Assembly: GCA_951406725.2 (NCBI GenBank)
Contig: OX597814.1
Span: 135,532,001 to 135,596,000 of the forward strand
DNA length: 64,000 nt
Reading direction: 5' to 3'
Source: Octopus vulgaris
Lineage: Eukaryota
Positions 13,683 to 25,900 of the stretch are shown piece by piece. Below the pieces are notes generated by a model, which was not told the origin of the DNA, searched no databases, and saw nothing but the letters and a program-made list of their open reading frames with translations. Every line of letters starts with the position of its first letter. Within the stretch, counting starts at the first letter, position 1. The position numbers and the translations under genes are program-made.

Positions 13683-14873
13683 GTTTAATGTCCACTTTCC
13701 ATGCTAGCATGGGTTGGACGATTTGACTGAGGTCTGGCGAACCAGATGGCTGCACCAGGCTCCAATCTGATCCGGCAGAGTTTCTATAGCTGGATGCCCT
13801 TCCTAATGCCGACCACTCCAAGAGTGTAGTGGGCTTTTACGTTCCACTGGCACGAGGGCCAGTCAGGTAGTACTGGCAACAGCCACGCTCAAATGGTGTT
13901 TTTTAGATGTCACCTGCACAGGAGCCAGTCCAGTAGCACTGGCAATGACTTCACTCGAATGTTTTTTCACTTGTCACTGGCACAAGTGCCAGTAAGGCGA
14001 TGCTGGTAATGATCACACTCGAATGGTGCTTTTTATGTGCCACCAGCACAGAAGCTAGTTAGCTGCTCTGGCAACAATCAGGCTCAGATGGTGCTCTTAG
14101 CACTCCACTAGCACGGATGCCAGTCATCGAATTTGATTTTGCCAAATGGAAAGTGCAATGATGACTGCTTCTGATAGGAGAAAGGGCCTCAAGACTCTAC
14201 CCACATCCACAACCCTCACAAGAATAGTGGACAGAGATGATGGCTGGACGGCTGGAAACTAAACTTAAACATTGTTATGTCATTGATATAGTCATATTTG
14301 AAAGAAAAGATGTTTTCTATTCACACGCATAACTATTTGTATATAAATATAATTTTACGCTTCAAATTGATGTTTTTTTCATCTTTAGATACATCCCAAA
14401 TATGATGTCAACAGTTGCTTACTGCAAGGACAAAGCTTTCTGTGGAATCTATTCCAAAGAAGGTGACAGCTTCTTAGCTGCAGGTCGAGGTAGGTACACA
14501 TATTCTTTTATTCATTGAATGTTTTATTCACTTTTTCCTCTCTCACTCTCTCTCTCCTCTTCTCCCTCCTTCCCTCCCTCTCTTTCTTTTTGTTTTCAGC
14601 ATGTATATATTAATCTCTTCATGACTTGACTTCACATGGTTGTTGTAAATGAGTGTCACCATCATACACGTGGTGTCTTTAGTTTCCAATCTTCCATACA
14701 AGCATGTCTTGCCATAAAGATATATTAAGATATATTACAGTATTTGAAAACAGGTGAGGATTGACAATAGGAAAGGTATCTGACTGTATAAATCTGCTTT
14801 AATGAATTCCATTTGATTCATGCATGCAGGGAAAAGTGGACATTAAAATAGTAAAATGATGATGATGATGGTA

Positions 14874-14915
<42 letters not shown>

Positions 14916-17900
14916 AGGTTTCCTCCAATCTCTGTCTATCAAAATCATTCGTGAGGCATTGAGGAAAAGATAGGGATGTATACATATGAAAGGCCTCTAT
15001 ACAGTTTCCATGTACCAAATTTCTCTGCTTTGAATTTCATCACTGTTAAGCTGTTGTGGAAGACACTTGCTTAAGGTATCTTACAGTGCAATATGATGTT
15101 GATCCATGTGATTGCAAACAACATGTTCATACTTATGACCATGTATAAAATTCTCAATGACTATCTGAAGTATCTTAATATCAATATTCAGGATTGAATT
15201 AATTTTTATGGTTTATTTTAGTAGCTCTTTATTGAGCTTTGTGTTTACTTCAGCAAATTTTTATTAGTCTTTTGAAATCATTTGGAATCTTCCATTAAAA
15301 TTTTAAGCTTTACTAAAAGCTTGATTATAAATTATTTCTCAAGCCTCTGACAGTTTGTTTATTTATCTTCAGATGTATATATACGGTTGTATGACACATC
15401 ATGTGATGAATTCAGACATATTAAATCAATTCGAGCACAAGGATTTTTCTGGAGTATTTTAGATGCTGCATTTAGGTAAGTTTTTATTTCTTGAAAATTT
15501 TCTTGCTATTAAGGAAAAATAGTGAAGAAAGCGAGCTTCTAATGATGTGAAAAGGGAAAGTTGAGAAACCTTTGTATATTTTAGGAACAAAGGTCCATTG
15601 TCAGAAGTGAATGGACAAAATGGAGTTGCTGCATGTTTGGCTATCAAAGTGACAGGATCTGCATAAACTCACATTTCTAAACTGTTCACTTCTGATGAGG
15701 GGCCTTTGTGACAAAATCATATAAAGGTTACTCAAGTTTCCTTTTTTGCATTGTTAGAAATCCTCTTTCTTCAGTATTTGTTATTTTACTTCTGTATCAC
15801 AATGTCTTAAGCAAACTACAATACTTTTTCTTAAACTCTTTAGCATTCAGATTACTTTGTCAAATATAATGCCTGTTTATTCATGTTGTTTTGAATTTAT
15901 CCTGCATTATCTTGTAGTTTTGAGATTTTGATTATGTGATTATTTATTTTAAGATTAACATTGTAGGGTGGGTATGATAGGCTGGATCTGGCAGGTTTGA
16001 ACATAAGACAGGTAAAATATTTTGGTTGGTTATGGCCAGTTTAAGTGCTAAAGGGTTATGGAAAAATAATTCTTAAATCTGTGATTGTCAGTTATTAATA
16101 TACTAATTATTAAATGTAAAAACAACATTCTGTGGTTTCTAGATAACATGTTCTTGATAGCTGATACCATTCAATTTATCTTGTTGAATTAATTTTAGAC
16201 TTTCTTCACAACTTTAAAATAATTTTTATGGACTGGTTTATGGAGGATGGATGTTGTAGTAATTTAGAACTTGACATATTTTTCAACAGGTTCCATATAA
16301 GAAAGAATTAGTTACTAAGAGAGATTTCCAAGCAATCATTTTATAAATATACCTGGTAAATATTGAAAGAACATTAAATTTTATGTAATATTCCATGATT
16401 TCCTTATAGTAATTGTAAAAGGAACAGTTCCTTTTTCTGAAGCAAATTATTTATCACTATAAATACTTAATGTTTTCAAAGCTTTCAATGACTTATGATA
16501 AAACAACAACATCAACAGATACATTTGTATTTTAATTGCTTGTATTTTTATAAATGTATAACTTGGAAGAATTTAACTTAAATCTTTTATAATAATATTT
16601 CTTTTATATTTTCTTAATTTTTGTTTAGTCCTGATGGAAATTATGTGATATATTCCAGTTGGTCTGACTGCAGTAAGTCTTACAGCTTATATTATTCAAG
16701 AACCGTCAATATTATTTTGAATGTATTGTTTTATGTATATTTCAAAATATTTGAAACTAAATGCTTATTTTATATAGTCACAAGTATAATTTTTTTTTCG
16801 TTTTGTTTATTTAACGTCCTCTTATGCATATATTTCAGTTCATTTGTGTAATATTCGAGGTGACCGTGATATCCACGAAGCCCTACCATTGTTTCCTGGT
16901 AGAAGTACTTTCTGCATTTTTTCACTGACATTCTCTTCTGATAACAAGGAAATTCTTGGAGGGTAAGCATGAAGTTTCTTCTTCCATTCATCATCATCAT
17001 CATCATTATCATCATAATGCTTTAAAGTTCGTTTTCCATGCTGGCATGCATTGGACGGTTTGACCAAAGCTGACAAGCTGCACCAAGTCCCAGTCAGATT
17101 TGGCTTGGTTTCTACAGCTTGATGCCCCTCCTAATGCCAACTACTTTACAGTGTATGCTGGGTGCTTTTAACGTGCGACAGGCATGAGTGCTTTTACATG
17201 GCACTAGCATGATTGCTTATTATGTGACTCTGGCACAGGACTCTTGCAGGCCAATCCTCTTCACCAGGGAATGTGGCCTTAACACTTCTGCTCTGGAAGA
17301 CGGGTCTTCTTGAGTACAGCAAGGCACTAGGTATCTCGGTCCTTTGTCAGCTTCTGAAATTCACTGTAATTATAACTTCAGTCTTCTTCCTTACATCTTG
17401 AACCATTTTGAAACATATTACTCTATGATAGACATCTCATTTGAAAATATATCATATGCTATCATTCTTACTTTACTTCAATAATTAACCTGAACTAGTT
17501 ATTTTTTTTCTGTCATTCAACTCAATATTGATGCAACTAAGTTATTTTTTAATTAAATCTTTAAATATGGGCTCACCTATTCAATGTTCTAAATACTCTA
17601 ATAACATGCTTAATTTAGAGTTTTGCTATGACTGGAAATTGACTTGAACGATAAAGTTCTATTGAAATTTAATATGATCTCAAGAGGATAGTTTATTCCA
17701 GCAGTTCCTAAACTTATTTTACCATGGAACCTTTACCTATATTTTATGGACAGCCACTGACACCAAAATTTAAATAAGATGTTTTAAATGAAGCAAATAT
17801 TGCTTTATAGAGAAAATACATTCATATAAAATGTAAAAAAAAAAAACAAAACAAAAAAAACTATTTACCATATATACTGGTTTATAAGATGTGACAAGAA

Positions 17901-18709
17901 ATTGGCATACATTGAATGTGACTGTATTAAGGCTGGAATACTGAGTGTATAACTGTATGATGAAACATTAACTTTGTTTTCTCCACAAAATATACTTATA
18001 CAGTGGGGGGGGGGTGTCTTATATGCCAGCAAATACAGCAATAACATTATTTTGAAATAGCAGACGCCATTCTTTATTTTTTTTTTTTTTTTTGCATAAA
18101 ATAAATTTTTATTAAAAGACCCCTTTTCTTGCAGAATCTCAGAATTTTGCCTCAGAACCTACTTAAAGAAGCACTGATCTGATCTATCAGGGCAAATTTC
18201 ATTAAATATCCTATTCTTGTACTAGCAAAACATTCCCTGTAATTATAAAAAGAATCCCCAAAATTTGAAGTAGAACTTTTCACAGCCAGGTGGTCATCCT
18301 TAATACCAGTGTTTCATATTTGTGAGTGTCCCTGATTTGTTGCCAAGAACATTTCTCACTGGAGCATGTAGCTTATACTGATGTTATCATTTGTCCCTTT
18401 GCTAGTATGAATACAGTCTGCATTCAAACTCACTGAAACCACTCTTAAGGTGTCATATTTAAAGAAGCCATTATCTTACATATCTTTCTATTATTTTTCT
18501 ACCATTTTAACTTAATACTTTGCCATTTTTAAAAGTAAGCTTTCACTATTTTCCAGTGCAAACTGTGGTAATTTTTATGTGTATGATTTAGAGAGAAACC
18601 AGAAGATATTAACAGTAAGTCATTTTGCAAGACTTTACTTCTTCTCTTCCAGTCACTGAGTACAAATGAAAAAGAATCATATGTACGTGTGTACATGTGC
18701 TTGTGTATT

Positions 18710-18741
<32 letters not shown>

Positions 18742-19442
18742 GGTCTGTATATGCCTATCTACCCATTACCCATATATACATGAGTGAGTGGACAAACAAA
18801 AGACAGAAGGACACAACACATTTGGAAGGAGTGCATATATTAGTAGTCCATAACAATTTGATTTGACTACATGCAACTTTAAGTAACTGTAGGCTCATTA
18901 CAGAACATAGCTCCTTAGGCCTCAGGAGCTAGTTTCATGTGATGAACCTACAAAAGTTGCATGGAGCCAAATCAAACTACTATTAAATACTAGTATATAT
19001 ATGCGCGCACGTATACACACACAAATGTGATGGGCTTTTTTCATTTAGTATCTATCAAATCAGATCTGGTCAGTAGCCTTCAACAGGTTGTTCCATAGAA
19101 ACCTCCAGTTGTCTTCTGCATCATGTGATGCTATATCCCCCTCTACTTCGTCAAAAGCTTCAAGTAATACATCTCTAAATCTCTGTCCATTCGCAGGATC
19201 CCTAAGCTTCCAGACACTTCTCCATGCTGGCCGTCTTCTGGCCATCCATTTACTCTGATCCTGAAGGGCTATATATATATCAACCTGATATATATATATG
19301 GTGCAGACATAGCTATAGGGTAAGAAGTTTGGATGGCCCAGGGCTATAGAAGACACTTGTCCAAAGAGCTGTGCAGAGGGACTGTACCCAAGAGCATATG
19401 GTCGGGAACCAAGCTTTTTAACTACACAGTCATGTCATCACC

Positions 19443-19490
<48 letters not shown>

Positions 19491-22400
19491 TGCATATATT
19501 CTTTTATTGGTTTCAGCCACTGAAACCATGCCCATGCTAGAGCACTGCCTTCAAGGGGTTCAGGTGACTATATTCATTGGAGTGCTTCACCCAGTACTTG
19601 ATGACATGACTGTGTGGTTGAGAAGTCCCTCTGCACAGCACTTTGAGCAAGTGTCTTCTACTATAGCCCTGGGCCATCCAAGACTTTGTGAATGGATTTG
19701 GTAGATAGAAACTGAAAAGAGCCTGTCATATAAACCAACGGTTTACAACCAGGGTCTATATGATGCCTGGGGGTCCACAGTATTATTTTAAGGGTCCATT
19801 ACAAGAGTCTGTTAGGTTTCTTTCTCTAACATTTTAAATAGTGCATCCTATATGTGAATGTTTGATGAACAAAATAGGAATTTTGAAAGAAGTACCTATA
19901 AAACTCAAATGGCCATGGGGGTCCACCAGTATAAAATAGTAATCAAAGGGGTCCATAGATGAAAAATGGTTGAGAACCACTGTTGTAAACGGACATCAAT
20001 CAGTTATTATTGTTCGTTTCCATTCTTCTGTGAAAAAGATGAGAAAATATTACCTTGCTTGGAAACAGTTGAAGGTTGGCAACAAGAAGGGTGACCAGCT
20101 GTAGAAAATCTACCTCAACAAATTTCGCCTGATCCATGCAAGCATGGAAAAGTGAACATTAAAACGATGATTATGATCGTGTGTGTGTGTGTGTGTGTGG
20201 TATTGTGACCCATTATACACAATATTTTTTTAAAATTTCATTTTGAATTTCTTTGGTCCAGTAAACTCAGCAATAATGATTGACTAATATTTTGTGTTAC
20301 TGTGAATGAAGTAAGAATGTGCATAAAGTATGTATTATTGGATGCATTGATCAGAGGTATTCCAGTCATGACCATCTTGTCTTTTCCTTATGTGCAAAGA
20401 ACACAAGACCCATATAATGCAGTATGTGCCTTTCTAAGATAGTGGTATGTCATCTGTGGGACATTTAGCTACTACTTCTTATCGCTAGAGCGTCCATGTA
20501 GAGACTACCTTGGCTCTTATGGATATGTTTGTGTTATACTTGCGTAAAGCTAATGTAAAGTCTGAAGTAGAGAGGCAGAAGGAGGGGGGGACTTATAGAA
20601 GGGAGATCACTCTCTAAAGGGACGTGACTCTATTGAACTTGTAAAATTAGTACTATATTATGTATGGGAGTCGATATAATTGACTAAAAGCTCTTGAAAG
20701 CACTGAGTCAGTATGTCAGCAGTCCATTAACTGAAACCAATGAAAGAATATAGTCTTGAAACACCTCGAGTGTGTATAAACTGAGAAAGGCATAATTAGA
20801 AGATAACTGAATAACACGGGTTGACTGTATGCATGGTTTGAGCATGTATTCGATTAGCTATACACAATTTTTAATTTTGTGCCATTGTGAGACAGAGAGA
20901 GAGAGAGAGAGAGTTGGGAGATTATTGTTGAAATCAGGAAATATATATTCGTTAGTAAGTAAAGATAAATTCAGCTGTACTTTGCATCAATGCTAATTGA
21001 TTCCACTTAATAAATTTAATCTGTTGTTCAGTTTGATACCACCAACCTACCCTAGGGTGTCTCTAGAAGAGTCCAAGATAAAAATCTTGTGAGTGGACAA
21101 CAAAAGCCTGAAATGCTGGGGTCAGTACAAGTACAGATACAAGGCTAGTGTTGGGGTTTATGAAGTAAGAAAAAGAACAAAAACAGATAATGATAAAATA
21201 TAAGTAAAAAAAAATCACCAGTTGTGGAGATGGCCACCTGATGCCAATCAAAGAACTCCACATGAAGAGTAAGTGTTTTATCCCAACTGACGTTTTCCAG
21301 TCTCAAGGTTTATATTGAGATGAGGTCCATTCTCCTGTTGCAGTGGCTACATAGAATAGAGGAGGTATGGTAGTAGGTTTATGTTGAGTCCGAGGACTAA
21401 TAAGGGCAGAGTTGAACTCTATTTCCATGATGTATTAGTAACTGAGATTATAATATTAGCCCCTGAGCAGGACGTTGGCCCACTGCAGCGTTTACTTCCT
21501 AACTATTTACTGGAACTCATTTACAGCTGAGTGAACTGGAGCAACATGAAATGAAGCGTTTTGCTCAAGAATGCAATGCACTGCCTGGCCCAGGAATCAA
21601 AACCATGGCCCTACTATCATGAATGTAAGACTAGCTGCTAGGCCATGCCCCTTCACTAGAGTGGTAGAATTGTTGCAGTGTTGGACAAAGTGTTTTGTGA
21701 CATTAATGTTCTGAGTTAAAATTCTTCTGAGATCAATTTTGCCTTCCATACTTTCAGGGTCAATGAAATCAGGTGCTAATCAGGTACCTTGTTGATCTAA
21801 TAGACTTTACCCTACTCTCATCTTCATTTCTAGCTTTGTACTTATGTTAGAAAGTATTATTATTCGAGTATAGGAGTCAATATAATTGACTGCCTTCTCT
21901 GTATTTCTGACCTTGTGTCTATGTAAGAAATTATTATTATTTTATTATTAATGTCCCATGATCCACTGTCCTTTTGGCAAATAAACCATTGGTCAAGTCA
22001 TTGAAAGATCACTCCACAATCTTCCTTTAGTTAAGATAGTCAGGCAGTGTTCCCTGTTCAGGGGCTTTGGTGAAGAAAGTTCTGTGGTGGATACACTTGA
22101 AAGGACTGAAGACGGACTCCTTCCTCTTGACCTTTTCATTGACTTTTACAAGGTCAATAAAATAATTAACTGCTTATTGCTAAGGCCTATTAAATCAACT
22201 ATACAGGTGAATCTAAAAAAAGGAAGGACACATCAGACAATGTAATTCTAGATATACACAAAGGCAAGATTGAAATATATATATGACCTCTTTGATCACA
22301 CTACAGCAACAACAACACCTACTTAAAATTGTTGGACTTGTATCAATGTTAGAAACCATTGTTGTTGTCAATGTACTTTTTTGTGATTTATAGATCAAAG

Positions 22401-22908
22401 CACATGGTGATGATGTTAATGCAGTAAAATTTGCAGATGATAGTTCCCAGATATTGTTCACAGGAGGAGATGATGGATTCTGTAAGGTAAGAAATAAAAT
22501 AAATACATTTAGATTTTTACTGACACTTCTTTGTAACTTTCACCATTGGAAATGCTGTCAACCAGTGATTAACTCATAAGAGATCTATAACCAATGATGT
22601 TGTTACTTACAGAATGCATGATATAAAATAATAATAGTAAATACACATATAATCTAGCACATTGATATACACTTCTAAAATATTGAAATCAGCACTTATT
22701 TAATACAGGATTATAAAGGATTTATAAATTTTATTGTGAAACATATAGCACGTACTCACAACTTCTAAATATGCATTGAAACATATAATCATATTCTTTC
22801 TAATGTCATTTACAATCCTATTCATTTAAGTATTCACATTTCTGTTGTATATTCTTCTACATACCTAAGAAGATACATATTATAAACATGGTTATATGTG
22901 CCATTTTT

Positions 22909-22954
<46 letters not shown>

Positions 22955-25900
22955 TATACTCACATACATGCACAGAATTACAATTACATACATAAGATAT
23001 TCACAAGAACATGCATACACTCACACATTAAACAGTTCACCAGTCAAGATTTAATTGCTTGTCCAAATTGTATGATTGACTTCAACTTTGATCCTTCTTG
23101 TTTAACTTTCAGGTTTGGGATCGGCGTACCCTGAATGAAAACAATCCAAATCCAGTTGGAGTGTTTAGTGGACATGCTGGTGGCATCACATATATAGATT
23201 CCCGGGTAATGTCCATCTTATACTATTCTTTTCTCATCTTGTTGCATGCATTCAGCAACATTTGTTGTGTTTTAAGTGAGCTACAAAGGTTTAGTGGATG
23301 GGTTGCTGGGCTTTTGAATTGACATTATACTGAAGGCACAATCTCTGGCTCAAAACCATTAACATTAGTTGACTAAAATGTAATTATTATTTAACCTTTA
23401 GCATTCAGATTATTCTGTCAAATGTAATACTTGTCTATTCACATTGTTTTGAATTAATCATGCATTAAGCTTCAAGATTTCGATGATGTGATTGTTTAAT
23501 ATTAGAATGACATTGTAGGCTAGGTGTGAGAGGCCAGTTTAAACATTAAACAGAATATTTGGGTTGAATATGGCTGGTTTAAATGCTAAAGGATTTGGCA
23601 AAATAGCAAAGAAGCCTCAATGTGGTCACTCAGCTTTCTAGAATTAACAAATTTCCTGAATAATTTAGTCCTGAATTTAATGTACCAGAAAAAAATAGAC
23701 AGCATGGTCTATTTGTATTCTCTTTTTATTCATGTGTACTTTTAATCACAAGTGATTAACTAAACTGAAGTAATTAATATTTAATCATAAGTACAGCCTT
23801 GTACTACGTAGGGTGCCAACATGGCTATGTGGTAATAAACTTGCTTCCCAACCATGTGCTCTTGGATTCAGTCCCACTGCACAGCATCTTGGGTGTCTTT
23901 CACTATAGCTCTAGGTCAACCAAAGCTCTTGCGAGCAGATTTAGTTGACAAAAACTGAAAGAAGCCCATCATGTGTGTGTGAGTGTGTTTATCCTCACAC
24001 TACTGCTTTACAACTGATGTTGGTTTGTTTATGTCCCCTCAATTTAGCTGTTTGGCAAAAGAAGACTGATTGAAAAAGTGCAAGTCTTAAAAATAAGTAC
24101 TGGGGTTGATTTGTTCAACTAAGCCCTTCAAGGTAGTGCTCCAGCAAGGCCACAGTCTAACAACTGAAATAAGTAAAAATATAAAAGATATTATTTGCTA
24201 TGTTACTATATTTTGTGTAATTTAACAGTTTTAAATTGAACTGGACATAATTATGATAATTATTTTGAATGAAACATTAAACCTGAAAATTTTATGTTTT
24301 TTAGGGTGATTCTCGGTACTTGATATCCAATTCTAAAGACCAGACAATAAAACTGTGGGACATACGAAAATTTTCTACAGAAGAGGGTATCAAGGTAATT
24401 TCATTTCTGATCTGTGATTCATTCCTGAAGCTGATTGTCAAGTTCTCTGGTAGATGTTTGGATTTTTATAATCATCATTATCATTATCATCATCATCACC
24501 ATCATCACCACCATCATCGTCATCAGTTTCTAAAAATGATAATATAAAAACTAAAGTTCAGGATTACCATTGGCAGCCTATATCTGAAGAACGTAAGCAT
24601 ACCTTTAAAACACTTTTTCATGCACAGAATCTTGCTTTCAATTTATACAATTTCTGAAATTTGTTTTAGTGAAACCACAAATCCAACTCACCGGAAAAAT
24701 CACTTTTCTAAAACCATTTGCAAATATATATATTAGTGTAACTCTTCCTTTTCTGATAGTTTGGGAAATGGATATAAAAGATAAAAAACCACCTTTCTAC
24801 ATTTTTGTTATGTAATTAGAGAAGGAGTTGTGATATCCATTAAGAGATATAGATCTTCTAGTGGATTTGTTTGGTGTTCAGCTCAAATTCCTGTGGCTTG
24901 ACCCATACGTGAGAAAGTGGGTAGAGATGTTGTAGAGCTGGGTAGAAATGCATAGTTCAAAATGCTAGAAGCATTATTCTTCAAAATTATTTAGGACAAA
25001 AAAGCAAAAAATGGCAGAAGAGATTGACAAATGCATTGCAGACCTGTTTTGCATATTGTTGAGTGAATGTTTGCAAATCAACTATAGAGGCTGCAGTCTA
25101 AGATGTCCGAGTGTGCTGCAGCAATACTGTTCCAAATATGTAAACAGTACTAGAATATGGGTCACAGCTGAGCTCTGTGGAGAGTCAGCAATTGATATAT
25201 AGTGACCCCTGGCAGTTATGACAGCAAGCAAAATGGAAAAGGGATGTAATAAGAGTAATCTCCCTCAATTTTCTAGAATGTTCGAGATTCGTTGGGAAAC
25301 TCCCGGTTTTACGTGGAAGTCAGGGACTTCTGGTCCATCCTTATATAAAGGAAAGAAATTCTAAATTTGCGCCATTCAGTACCTTTTGGTTCTTCAACAC
25401 GTACTGGATCGAGCTGCCATACTTCAGGCCCACTTGCACACTCATTCGCCTTTCTTACTTGAAGACATTTGACTGCAAACAGAACATATTCATGTAATGT
25501 TATAAGTTTCCTTCTATTAACCTTGTATATGAATGCATTACTTCCAGTAATAAAAGTTATGACTTATTACAAGTGTCTCGTGAATTTCTATCTTCTTGTT
25601 GTTATGAGCTGAAACAGTGACTTCCTTTTCTCTTATACTGACTAAATTATAGTGTGTCATTAAGCCAATATTACCACCAAAAATGGATAACCTTGACATC
25701 ACTATAGATCTAAGGTGTAAGCCTAGCATTTTGAATGTTCTTTTCTCAATATTATACATGTATGGTCACTATGAAGTTCACCAGAAATTGTATTTGAAAT
25801 GACTTTAGAGAGTTATAAGTCAGTATTATTCATGAATATTTTTGACATGTGGAGTGAGTGTATAGTAAAAGTTGAGTGTATTAGGAGTCTTTTGGTACTG

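Noticed and set aside
13860-14130. Regularly spaced ~57-bp repeats resembling a CRISPR array (also 27270-27430, 28170-28330)
   Set aside because: Eukaryotic context; the intervening sequences are homologous to one another; internal SINE subrepeats
21960-22210. Coding-looking GC-richer patch in DCAF11 intron 7 with a candidate AG at 22060
   Set aside because: The frame continuing from exon 7 hits TGA after three codons; no recognisable homology; exons 7 and 8 already join seamlessly
24395-24547. Poly-His extension of ORF 24320-24547
   Set aside because: Read-through past the exon 10 donor into a (CAT/CAC)n microsatellite
24830-25500. Mixed-composition intronic segment with ORF 25011-25202
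   Set aside because: No motif, splice signals or termini could be assigned; probably old transposon debris
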